This document shows, in pieces, positions 1-9,900 of a stretch of DNA of 55,428 nt (position 1 is the stretch's first letter; every line of letters starts with the position of its first letter). The stretch lies in IMG/VR virus record IMGVR_UViG_3300034102_000073, positions 1-55,428 of that record, one strand, 5' to 3'. The stretch is from a virus. Its lineage: Duplodnaviria > Caudoviricetes. Made by a program: the position numbers and the translations under genes. Below the pieces are notes generated by a model that was not told where the DNA came from, ran no database searches, and was given only the letters and a program-made list of their open reading frames with translations.

Positions 1-127
1 TCCCTTGAACACGACAACTGGCCTATGAAACCGTCAGGGTTATGTCGCTTCTGTCCTGCTCGTCACGATTGTGTGAGTGCTAGGGTTTAACCTGATAAAA
101 AATACTTGACAGGAGCGTAAAGTGTCT
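1..127. repeat. 127-bp direct terminal repeat, identical to 55302-55428; circular assembly overlap
   Basis: tcccttgaac...aaagtgtct occurs at both ends and cuts through the nuclease gene; 127 is a common assembler k-mer. Confidence 0.95.
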
Positions 128-133
128 TACAAT
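106..133 (+). promoter_or_regulatory. Possible sigma70-type promoter TTGACA-N16-TACAAT overlapping the VRR-NUC start
   Basis: ttgaca at 106-111, tacaat at 128-133; AGGAG RBS at 111-115 lies in the same stretch. Confidence 0.4.
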
Positions 134-424
134 ACACCGGAAGGTAAAGTTAAAAGGAAGGTTGTTGAGTTACTGAAGGCAAAGAAGATTTGGTACTTCT
201 TCCCTGCCAACAATGGGATGGGTAAGGCAGGTATCCCCGACATCATTGCCATAGTGGGTGGGATTTTTGTAGGGGTAGAAGTGAAGGCTGACCGTACGAA
301 GAAGCCGACAGAGTTGCAGGTACGGTGCGGTGCTGAGATTAGAGGCGCAGGTGGTGAATGGTTCTTGGTGTGCGATGAAGCCAGTCTGCGTCAGGTAGAA
401 CTATACATAGAAAAGAACGGGTGA
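122..424 (+). CDS. VRR-NUC domain nuclease (Holliday-junction resolvase-like)
   Basis: TPEGKVK...G(I)PDII...VEVKA...PTELQ PD-(D/E)XK pattern; AGGAG before GTG; adjacent to helicase. Confidence 0.9.
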   Translation: MSYNTPEGKVKRKVVELLKAKKIWYFFPANNGMGKAGIPDIIAIVGGIFVGVEVKADRTKKPTELQVRCGAEIRGAGGEWFLVCDEASLRQVELYIEKNG

Positions 425-428
425 AGAT

Positions 429-1982
429 ATGCTAGTGGTTGAAGAAGCCAAAGCACTGGCTCTCAAATTAAACAATCCTGATCGGGTGCTTGAGTGCATC
501 CCGACTGCCAAGCCATTCGAGTACCAAGGCACACCCCTTGTCGTTACTCCGCATAGGCTTGATGAAGTGCGCGTGTTGCGCAACCTCGGTATACAAGCCC
601 CATCACCCATCCTGTATTACTACGACTGGCCCGGCCAGTTCACGCCGTATGACCACCAAAAACAAACTGCTGCGTTCTTGACGCTCCAGCAGCGCGGGCT
701 GGTGCTGAATGAAATTGGTACGGGCAAGACCCAATCATCCCTGTGGGCTGCGGACTACCTTATCAAGACCAAGCAGGTTAAGAAGGTTCTTATTCTTTCG
801 CCGTTGTCCACCCTTGAACGTGTGTGGGCTGACGGTATCTTCATGGGGTTCCCTCACCGCAAGTTCTTGGTGCTACACGGCACAGCGAAGAAGCGTTTGG
901 AAATGTTAAAGCGTGAGGCTGACTTCTACATTATCAATCATGACGGGTTCCCAATCATCAGTGAACATACTCATGGAATGTTTGATCTCATCATCGTTGA
1001 CGAGGCGGCAGTACTACGCAATCCCTCGACACAGCGGTTCAAGATTTTTCGTAAGTGGATGGAGACAAATCATTCTGCGCGTCTGTGGTTGATGACGGGT
1101 ACACCAACTCCCAACGACCCCACCGATGCGTGGGCGTTGGCGAAGTTGGTCAACAGTCCATACTGCACAAAGACTTTCACATCGTTCCGTGAACAGGTGA
1201 TGATGAAGATTGGTCAGTGGAAATTCATACCACGACCTGAGTCTGTAGAGATTGTGAAGAACATCCTACAACCTGCTGTCAGATATACCCGCGATGAGTG
1301 TTTCGATTTGCCGGATACCATTGTGCAGACTCGCTCAGTTGAACTTACTGCCGAACAGAAGAAGCATTACACACAGATGCTCCGCCATTTCGTAACGGAG
1401 ATGTCTGCGGAGGGGACGATTACCGCAGTGAACGAAGCGGTCAAGATTCAGAAACTTGTACAGATTTGTTGCGGCGTTGCTTACGGTGACGACGGGCAGA
1501 ACATTGAGATTGATGCGACCCCTCGCGTCAACTTGGTGAAGGAGGTAATAGAAGAAGCAGGGGAAAAAGTAATTGTGTTTGTACCGCTGACGGGTACTCT
1601 GCATATGTTGGAGAAAGAGTTGAGCAAGCATTGGTCGGTTGGTGTTGTGAATGGCGAGGTGTCCTCGAACAAACGCAATGACATCTTCCATAACTTTCAG
1701 AACAACAAACATCCACATGTGTTGATTGCCCACCCCGGCACGATGGCGCACGGACTTACGCTCACCACGGCATCCACAATTATTTGGTACGGCCCGATCA
1801 ATAGCAATGAAACATATACACAAGCAAATGGTCGGATAGAGCGCATCGGCAAGAAGCATGTATCCAATGTCATACACATTGAAGCAACAGACCTTGAGCA
1901 TAGGATGTATGAGCGGCTCAAGAACAAACAAAAGTTGCAGGGTCTACTTCTTGATTTGATACAACAAGAAACTGAAAGGTGA
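429..1982 (+). CDS. SNF2-like superfamily 2 DNA helicase
   Basis: Walker A EIGTGKT, DEAA box, MTGTP motif III, HGLTL and QANGRIERIG motifs. Confidence 0.93.
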   Translation: MLVVEEAKALALKLNNPDRVLECIPTAKPFEYQGTPLVVTPHRLDEVRVLRNLGIQAPSPILYYYDWPGQFTPYDHQKQTAAFLTLQQRGLVLNEIGTGKTQSSLWAADYLIKTKQVKKVLILSPLSTLERVWADGIFMGFPHRKFLVLHGTAKKRLEMLKREADFYIINHDGFPIISEHTHGMFDLIIVDEAAVLRNPSTQRFKIFRKWMETNHSARLWLMTGTPTPNDPTDAWALAKLVNSPYCTKTFTSFREQVMMKIGQWKFIPRPESVEIVKNILQPAVRYTRDECFDLPDTIVQTRSVELTAEQKKHYTQMLRHFVTEMSAEGTITAVNEAVKIQKLVQICCGVAYGDDGQNIEIDATPRVNLVKEVIEEAGEKVIVFVPLTGTLHMLEKELSKHWSVGVVNGEVSSNKRNDIFHNFQNNKHPHVLIAHPGTMAHGLTLTTASTIIWYGPINSNETYTQANGRIERIGKKHVSNVIHIEATDLEHRMYERLKNKQKLQGLLLDLIQQETER

Positions 1983-1986
1983 AGAT

Positions 1987-2391
1987 ATGTCTGTAACAGT
2001 AGACGAAGTAGTCTCAGCCTATATCAAACTCCGTGCGAAGAAGGACGCAATGGAAGCCAATACTAAGGCTGAGGTAAAGAAGATTGTCGAGAAGATGGAC
2101 AAGTTCGAGGGTTGGCTGAAACAACAAGCCGATGCTCAGGGTGTTACATCATTCAAGACAAAGCACGGTACGGCGTTCCTCAAGACCACTGACTATGCCA
2201 ACGTCGAGAATTGGGATGCTGCGTTCAAGTTTATCCTCGACAACCAAGCATACGACCTGCTAAACAAAGCAGTCAGCAAGGTTGCCGTACGTGGATATAT
2301 TGAGACGAATAAAGCAGTACCGCCCGGTGTCAACTATGGCACAAAGATAGAGGTAGAAGTTCGTAAACCAACAACCCGCGTGGAGGATTGA
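1987..2391 (+). CDS. Conserved phage replication-module hypothetical protein
   Basis: Good ORF with upstream GAAAGG; coiled N-terminus, KTKHGT and PPGV motifs seen next to SSB genes in such modules. Confidence 0.7.
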   Translation: MSVTVDEVVSAYIKLRAKKDAMEANTKAEVKKIVEKMDKFEGWLKQQADAQGVTSFKTKHGTAFLKTTDYANVENWDAAFKFILDNQAYDLLNKAVSKVAVRGYIETNKAVPPGVNYGTKIEVEVRKPTTRVED

Positions 2392-2392
2392 T

Positions 2393-2761
2393 ATGTTAGG
2401 AGGATGGTTCAAAAAGAAATTACAGGCTGCGTTGCGTGAAATGCACGATCAATCGCCTGAGGTGCGTCGCACAACAGCGATGGAGGAAATGTTTGGACGT
2501 ACTCTACCCACTATAGTTGCGTTCAAAATCAACAATGGTTTTGTAGTGCAAGCACAAGACACGCCTACTATTGCGCAGTATGGAGAACTCCGACAGTCAG
2601 GGTTCACCTACTGCAAAGATGCTGAGGCAATCGCGGAACATATCGTATCTTCCGCAGTAAGAGAGAAGATCGGAATACAGCAAGAGATGTTTGGTCAGAG
2701 CGTCCCTTCCATGCTTAAACAATCTGTCATATCCGGCGCACAAACTCGCCGTCAACCGTAA
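2393..2761 (+). CDS. Hypothetical protein
   Basis: GGAGG RBS; tightly packed between neighbours. Confidence 0.65.
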   Translation: MLGGWFKKKLQAALREMHDQSPEVRRTTAMEEMFGRTLPTIVAFKINNGFVVQAQDTPTIAQYGELRQSGFTYCKDAEAIAEHIVSSAVREKIGIQQEMFGQSVPSMLKQSVISGAQTRRQP

Positions 2762-2783
2762 CGCTCAACTAAAGGAGAAATCT

Positions 2784-3755
2784 ATGAGCAATCTCGTTCC
2801 AGTAAATGTGCAAGTTCCCGCCCACCTTGCAGCCCGTATCGGGCAACCATCGGCACTCGCTACATCTATGGCAGGTGGACTCGCCACTGGTGAAGCGTTT
2901 CCACGAATCAGCATTAAGGGTTCACGGTTCCGTATTGTCGAAGGTGATGCCGAGACTGTGTTGGACTCGACTACCATTGATGTAGTTGTTGTTGGTGCTA
3001 ACCCTCGCCTGAGTAAGACTTGGTATGCGAAGGCATGGACACCTGATAGCGAACCTGCTGCACCTGAATGTTTCTCGTTGGATGGTGTGTCACCTGACCC
3101 GCAGTCCACTCAACCACAGAATGATCTGTGTGCATCGTGTCCGCAAAATGCTTGGGGTTCGAAAGTCACGCAGCAAGGTCAGCAGATTAAAGCATGTTCT
3201 GACAAGAAGCGACTTGCTGTGGTGAGTGCGGATGACCCGACCGGCCCTGTGTACCTGCTTGAGGTAACTCCTGCGGCACTGAAAGGTTTGAACCAGTACC
3301 AAAAAGAACTGGCTCATCGCGGCATCGCCCCCGAAATTGTGCGTACCCGTGTATCATTCGATACCGATGCGTCGTTCCCGAAACTCAAGTTCGGTTTCGG
3401 TGGCTTTAATGAAGCCGATGCTCAGGAAGCTGTTGACCCGCTATTTGGTTCAGCGCAAGTCAAAGAGATCACTGGCGAAACTACTCGCCAACCTGTAGCA
3501 GTACCGCAACTTGCGGCTGCTCCTGCGCCAGTTGCACCGAAACCTGCCGTGAAAGTGGCAGAACCCCAACCCGCTCCTACCCCTGCGGAACCACCCGCTG
3601 CTCCCAAGCGCGGTTTCGGTGCAACCAAACAAGCGGCTCCTAAGGCTGCGGCTCCTGCTGCACCTGCTGCGGCTCCTGCTGCTCCTATGGCTGCGGCGGC
3701 GTTGGCTGATAGTATTGCCGCCCTTGTCGGGGAGGTAAACTCTGATGACGCCTAA
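2784..3755 (+). CDS. Putative single-stranded DNA-binding/annealing protein with Cys cluster and Pro/Ala-rich tail
   Basis: AAGGAG then ATG at 2784; PECFSLDG...CASCPQN...KAC; low-complexity linker and acidic end (SDDA). Confidence 0.7.
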   Translation: MSNLVPVNVQVPAHLAARIGQPSALATSMAGGLATGEAFPRISIKGSRFRIVEGDAETVLDSTTIDVVVVGANPRLSKTWYAKAWTPDSEPAAPECFSLDGVSPDPQSTQPQNDLCASCPQNAWGSKVTQQGQQIKACSDKKRLAVVSADDPTGPVYLLEVTPAALKGLNQYQKELAHRGIAPEIVRTRVSFDTDASFPKLKFGFGGFNEADAQEAVDPLFGSAQVKEITGETTRQPVAVPQLAAAPAPVAPKPAVKVAEPQPAPTPAEPPAAPKRGFGATKQAAPKAAAPAAPAAAPAAPMAAAALADSIAALVGEVNSDDA

Positions 3756-4032
3756 GCAACCACTTGACTTTTCCAAGGTCGAGGCGTTGCGCAAGCATAT
3801 GCTCCTAACAACAGTTGACATGGCTGCTCTGTTAGGAGTGTCACGGATGACGTACTACGGATGGGTAAGGGGGAAACCCCTGCGCAAATCCAGTGACCAA
3901 AAGGTGCGTCAGATGTTAAAGTCACTGCTTGCGATTATGACCGACCATGGCTGGCCTTCTCCTGAAGTTATTGCCATGGAGCAACCGCAACGCAAACAAC
4001 GCCTTGATGAGATTCTAGAGTCGTACGTATAA
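3745..4032 (+). CDS. XRE-like helix-turn-helix protein
   Basis: LTTVDMAALLGVSRMTYYGW HTH pattern; GGGAGG RBS. Confidence 0.8.
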   Translation: MTPKQPLDFSKVEALRKHMLLTTVDMAALLGVSRMTYYGWVRGKPLRKSSDQKVRQMLKSLLAIMTDHGWPSPEVIAMEQPQRKQRLDEILESYV

Positions 4033-4038
4033 GGGTGC

Positions 4039-4060
4039 GGCGGGGGAGCAATCCCCCGCC
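4039..4060 (+). terminator. GC-rich hairpin with GCAA loop between HTH and primase
   Basis: ggcggggga-gcaa-tcccccgcc; no U tract, so may be a processing or stability hairpin. Confidence 0.45.
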
Positions 4061-4077
4061 AATAGATAGGGGTATCA

Positions 4078-6981
4078 ATGAACACGCTTGATTTTTTGAA
4101 GCGGGTTCTTCCGTCAGAGGGGTTATATTGTTCATTCACTGTAGTGGGCAAGTACCCAAAACAGGTTCACCACCAGACGATAGAAGAACTTGCTGCTGAA
4201 GTACTGACAGATAGTCAGAAGGGGCACAACACATACTTTGCGATCTCCGCTTTCAATAGCGACGAGAGCAGGGAACAAGCAAACGTCAGAGTCATAAAGA
4301 CATTTGCGCTCGACATCGACTGCGGTGAGGGTAAACCCTACCCATCGTGGAAAGAAGGGCTGCTTGTTTTATCCGACTACATCCGTGAACTGAATCTCCC
4401 CGGCCCGATGATTGTTCGATCAGGCAACGGGCTACATGTTTACTGGACTTTGACTACTGAGATGACGCCACAGGAATGGCGTCCGATTGCTACGGCGTTC
4501 AAGGCTTCTGCTGTTGCCAAGTTCAAAGAACTTGCAGAGAAGCGCGGCATCATATCGCCCACACCGAGTAAACCCTATATCGACCCTGCTGTACCTGCTG
4601 ACCATGCGCGGGTGCTACGTCCTGTTGGAACCGTTAATACCAAAGGTGGCAATACAGTCGCCCTGATTTTCGACGCGCCACCTGTTGACCCACAACACTT
4701 TGCGTCGTTCTTCCCTGTTACCTATGGCTCACCCAGTGAGCCACCACCACGACACGCATCTGGCAGCACATTGCTAGATAACCTAGCAGTCAAACAAGAT
4801 TACCCGCCATCCAATGCTGATGCTGTTCTGAGCAAATGCCAACAGATTAAATGGATGTACGAGAACCGTCACGACAAGACCAAGATAGATGAACCGATAT
4901 GGTATCGGATGTTAGGTGTTGCAGCGTTCTGCCACGACTCCCATGCAGTTGCTATTAAATGGAGCGAAGGTCATCCTGAGTTCGACCCACAAGCAACCAT
5001 AGATAAGATGGAGCAGTGGAAGCAGAAATGTACTGGCCCAACATCATGCGAGAAGATTGAAGAAGTACGCCCCGATGGGTGTAAGGGATGTAAGTTCAAA
5101 GGAAAAGTTTCCTACCCCACACAACTTGGTATTCAGTATCAGGAAGTGCAGATAGCCCCCGACGCGCTAGACACTGCTGCTTACGAAGTGGAGTTGCCCA
5201 AACCATTTAAGAGAACCAACAAAGGCATTAAGGTCAGTATTGATGACGCAGATATTGATGTATGCCCGTTTGATATTTACCCTGTTGGGTACGGCAGAGA
5301 TGAATCACTTGGCTATGAGGTCGTCCGGTATCACTGGAACCGACAACATATTGGCTGGCAACCGCTGAACCTACGCCAAGCATTTCTCACCGACGGTAGC
5401 CGTGAGTTTGCAGGAGCCATTGCAGATCAAGGCATCGTTCTTTTCAACAAGAAACAAACGGAGTACTTCCAATATATGCTGCGCACCTACATGGACAAAC
5501 TGCGGCAGCAGAGAGCCATGACGAACCTCTATTCCACAATGGGATGGAAGCATGACTACACAGAGTTCGTCATGGGTGACACCATTCTGCGCTGCAATAA
5601 AGATGGAACTATCACAGAGGAACAAGTTCTCTTATCCTCTACATCCCAACGCCTAGGGCATGACCTCTACGGTACAAGCGGAAGCCTTGCCGAGTGGCGA
5701 GAGTTCACTCGTATCATGCCGAAGGTCAACTTGTTGGGGCAGATGTTTGCGATAGGCGTCAGCCTATCGTCGCCGTTGTATGCCTTCACAGGACTTAAAT
5801 CCACAACCGTGTCGCTCTACGGGCCGACAGGCTGCGGCAAAACCCTTGCTCAGTTGTGGGGTCAGTCTGTGTGGGGCGTACCTGAGAAGCTGCATTTCGC
5901 TGCCAAGTACACACAGAACGCTGTGTTCGCACGGTTTGGTCTGTACTGCAATATGCCGCTGACCATCGACGAAACCACGATGATGGATGTCAAAGATGTT
6001 GGTGACTTCCTGTACTGGATTTCCCAAGGTCGAGACAAAGCACGACTGAACCGCAATGCGGAGGAACGTGAGTCTAAAGAGTGGCAAGCCCCTGCCATAC
6101 TATCCAACAATACATCTATGGGTTCTAAACTTGTGGCATCCGGGATGGAAACCACAGCGCAGATGGTTCGACTGTTGGAAGTTTCGTTACAAGTCCACCC
6201 GATATTTAAGTCAGGTAGCACCGCAGGTCGAGACATCTATAACTTCATCTCATCTAACTACGGTCATGCAGGTCGAGAGTTCGTGAAGTATCTGTTGCAG
6301 CTTGGGCCTGAAGGTATGAAGGCCATCGTTGATGATGCGTTCAAGACTTTCCCTAAACGCTATCACCACCACTTCACAGGTGAAGAACGCTTTTGGGAAC
6401 AAGCCATTGTACTGGCTGACCTTGCTGTTCGGCTTGCTTACGAGAACAACATCGTGGCGTTTCCACCTGAGGTCATGACGAATTGGATTCTGAATCAGAT
6501 AGGTGCGCTGCGTAAGACAGTCATTGACTATCAGAACGATGGGTTCGATATGTTGACTGAATACCTAAACGAACACGCAAACATGGCGCTGACGGTATGG
6601 CACACAGGTGACACTAAACCTGCTGTTGATATGCAGCGGTTACCCCGTGGTGAAGTACGTGCAAGGTTCGACTGCCACCGTAAAGACCACTCCTCACAGT
6701 TTGACCACGGTACAGTGATGGTTGACCGTACGCACTTCCGTAAATGGCTTGCCATGAAAGGCGTGGACTACCGTGGATTTATACGAGAGATGACTTCTGC
6801 TCAGATTGTCGTAACGCCCAAGTCTAACAAAGCCAGTCTCGGTAAGGACAGCCCAATCAAACTGCCTCAGTCCTACGTGATTGCGCTGAACCTAAGCCAC
6901 CCCCGCCTCAAGGGAATCCTAGAGGACGAGGATATGGCTATCGACAACACATTGCTAGGTCAACTCAAAGTCGTTCAATAA
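4078..6981 (+). CDS. Primase-helicase (AEP-type primase + DUF927-like ATPase/helicase)
   Basis: DIDC and SGNGLHVYW primase motifs, C..C..C cluster, Walker A GPTGCGKT, Walker B LTIDE. Confidence 0.88.
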   Translation: MNTLDFLKRVLPSEGLYCSFTVVGKYPKQVHHQTIEELAAEVLTDSQKGHNTYFAISAFNSDESREQANVRVIKTFALDIDCGEGKPYPSWKEGLLVLSDYIRELNLPGPMIVRSGNGLHVYWTLTTEMTPQEWRPIATAFKASAVAKFKELAEKRGIISPTPSKPYIDPAVPADHARVLRPVGTVNTKGGNTVALIFDAPPVDPQHFASFFPVTYGSPSEPPPRHASGSTLLDNLAVKQDYPPSNADAVLSKCQQIKWMYENRHDKTKIDEPIWYRMLGVAAFCHDSHAVAIKWSEGHPEFDPQATIDKMEQWKQKCTGPTSCEKIEEVRPDGCKGCKFKGKVSYPTQLGIQYQEVQIAPDALDTAAYEVELPKPFKRTNKGIKVSIDDADIDVCPFDIYPVGYGRDESLGYEVVRYHWNRQHIGWQPLNLRQAFLTDGSREFAGAIADQGIVLFNKKQTEYFQYMLRTYMDKLRQQRAMTNLYSTMGWKHDYTEFVMGDTILRCNKDGTITEEQVLLSSTSQRLGHDLYGTSGSLAEWREFTRIMPKVNLLGQMFAIGVSLSSPLYAFTGLKSTTVSLYGPTGCGKTLAQLWGQSVWGVPEKLHFAAKYTQNAVFARFGLYCNMPLTIDETTMMDVKDVGDFLYWISQGRDKARLNRNAEERESKEWQAPAILSNNTSMGSKLVASGMETTAQMVRLLEVSLQVHPIFKSGSTAGRDIYNFISSNYGHAGREFVKYLLQLGPEGMKAIVDDAFKTFPKRYHHHFTGEERFWEQAIVLADLAVRLAYENNIVAFPPEVMTNWILNQIGALRKTVIDYQNDGFDMLTEYLNEHANMALTVWHTGDTKPAVDMQRLPRGEVRARFDCHRKDHSSQFDHGTVMVDRTHFRKWLAMKGVDYRGFIREMTSAQIVVTPKSNKASLGKDSPIKLPQSYVIALNLSHPRLKGILEDEDMAIDNTLLGQLKVVQ

Positions 6982-9900
6982 GAAAGAATCTCAGCCGCAG
7001 ACCTAAGGTCGGTACGTGATGCCTTAGGCGCGGTACGGAGATACCGCTGTGTTGCAGGACGGATGGCCTCGGCGTATGCCTTGGCAGCGTTCTCTTGGAA
7101 GTTGGCAATGTAGAGCGGTGTGCCATACGCTGCTCTATTCCAATCTGCTACTGCTGCGTTGATGTCTCTGACTTGATCTGAGTCGCCGGACATACGAGCC
7201 TTAATCCACGCCTGTTGATACCCCGCAGAAATCTCACGCTGGTAGTCTGTCATTCTCCGCGCTGTGCGGATGAACTCGTACTGCTGCGCCGCAGCTACAG
7301 GATAGAAGCCTAAAGCACGGGTTAGATAAGTTCCTGCGGTAAGGTCTTTGGACACCACGTAACCACGGCGATCAATGATCGCACCCGCGCTGTCGTACGC
7401 CAACATGTCGCCAAGTGCGCGACCCATGGTGATTGGGTTTTCCCGCAGTACATCAACCATTGAAATCTTCTCAGAGAACGGTGCTCTAATCGCGTTGGGG
7501 ATGGTAGATGCTACTCCCCACAACATTGACAGCGATGGGCCACCTATCTCCTCAAGCTCTTTGGCTGCATTGGAACCTGCAAGAAGTAGTCCTGTGCCGG
7601 GAACGAAGTTACCGACGGATACCCGTGACGCAATGTCAGCAGGGATGAAGGAGTTCAACACGCCGCGCATGACGTATGGAGAAATCCCCGGTGCGATCTG
7701 GTCGAGGTATTTAGCAACCTCATACCGGACGCTACCTGTGATACCTAGTTTCTGCGCGAGTGTGTCCAATAAGTCCTCGGCGTCCTCTGCAAATGGGAAA
7801 GCCAGCAGACCGCCGAACAGCCAGAGTGAAACAAGCATAGCTACTTTGCCGGGCCGGTCGAGGCGGTTCAACAACTGAATAGTTGTTGTTGGATACACCT
7901 TGTACATATACAAGAAAGACTGCAACCCTGTACGCCACGCAGATGGACGGTTCATCACCGAGTACTCACCAAGTGTGAACTTCAGAGTTTCAACAGCAAA
8001 GGCACGGGCGTCAGTAGTCGCTTCTGCTGGGCTTCTTCCTGCTGCAATAGCGCGGTCGTAAGCCAGACGATAAGCTGCAAGACCTAAGCCTCTGCGTACT
8101 GCTTGCTCTGTGGAGTTGAAAGTCCACATCATGCCATCAAGAAGTTTCTGTCCTGCACCGGAGGTTACTCGACCACGAGCAGTCGCCGTCAGTGCGTTGG
8201 ACTGCGCAGGAATCATCACACCTTCACGGATTTCATCTGCGATGAACTTAGCCTCATGCGATCTCAGACCATACTTAGCTTGCAGCTTAGGGTCTTTCGC
8301 AACAGCGTCATAGAACTCAGCCGTTTCAAATCCGGGGGTATCTTGCCCGATGTTACCAAGTGAAGTCATTGTTGACTTGCGTAGGCCAACTTGGTTTAGA
8401 GCAATACCAAACGCAGCCATAGACTTGGCGAATCCGAATCCGCCACCAAAGGCAGTCTTGGAGTTATAAGTTGCCAGATAAGGGATGCCGTTGGTTACAG
8501 CGCCCACATAGTTCAACGCACCCGTAGCTATAGATAAACCCAGTTGGAACACACTGGTATACGCACGGACAGAGGAAGCGACTTCACCGCTACCAAAGTC
8601 AGACTCGTCCACGTTGCGGTTATTGTTCAGGAAGGCAAGGAGTTGAGCAGCTTCGTTGTAGTACTGGTTAGCCTTCTCGTATGTACCGCCTTCATTGGTC
8701 TTGTTGTACATGAAGGCGTAGCGGTAGTAGTCAACTTTGGCGTAGTGCTTCTCCTCCCTAGTAGCAGTGGGGTTCTTCTCCATTGCTTCCCAGTGTCTAC
8801 GCTTTGTCTCAAGTACCGATTTGCTGCCATTCCATAGCTCGTTGGATGAGCGCAGGTTACGGTTCATGATCTCCGACAAGCGTGGACGGATGATGACCTT
8901 AGCGATTGTGGACGCACGCGCCTCGACATGTTGCATGATAGCTTGCACGCCATCACTGCTGGCCCCCGGTGTGAACTCACGCTTCAAGCGGTTACGCGCA
9001 CGAGCGTTCTGTTTGGTCAACGCAACCACTACGTTTTCCATCTTCACGGGGTTCAGGGTAATACCGAACTGCCGCAAGCCACGGACAAACTCGTTAAGGT
9101 TCAGTTCGAGTGGAGCAGCGATAGAGTTAAGCGCAGCCCCCGGCATTGCGGTAAGTTTAACTTCTTGGATTGTGTACCTGCCAGAAGCCTCATCATAGAC
9201 TTCTGCTTTGTAAGTACGATCCCCGAACAAGTCTTGGTTCAGAGTACGGGCGAACGCTACGGCCTCATCCTTACCCTCGAACTGAGAGTACACCAACATG
9301 TTCTTGTAGTCTTGCTTGAGGTTGACGACTCGTCCCGCTGCGTTAGTTACAACCACACGGACTTGATGATCGCCCTTACGGTTGATCGGGGTATAGCCTG
9401 TAGCCAGAGACTTTTTAGTGAACAGATCGGCGTCATCATTCGCCACTTCAAAGGTAATGATGTCTTTAAGGCGGTTCTGGATTGTGAACTTAGCCTGCTC
9501 ATCCCCTTCAGGGAAAACCAACCGCTGCTTAAAGTCTTTGGCAAAAGCGATAGCGTCATCGGCTACAGTCTTATCGTCAAAGAAACTTGCAAATCGGTCG
9601 TAGTCCATCTGTTCGCCAAGAATGATGGCTTTGTTTACTGCCACGATAAAGTCGTTGGCTTTCTCGATACTAGCCGAGTTCAGCATTGGGTCGCCGTTCT
9701 CGTCATAGGTTTTGTCGGCAGTGTAGAACTCTTTGTACCTACGGTAGATACGCTGGAAAGCCTGACGTTCTGCGGCAGTCAGAGCATACTTACCTTCTGC
9801 GTTTGGTTTAGTGATGTCAGCGATCTCACGGAAGGCCAAGTCTTGATCTTGTAGGAAGCTGCTGTATCTTGCCCACAAGAGTTTGACTTCAACTTCTTTA

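Noticed and set aside
1-127. 127-bp end repeat as a biological terminal repeat
   Set aside because: It falls inside a gene and its length equals a common assembly k-mer; best explained as circular overlap
8928-9854. 308-aa plus-strand ORF opposite the giant gene
   Set aside because: Antisense shadow with no protein-like features
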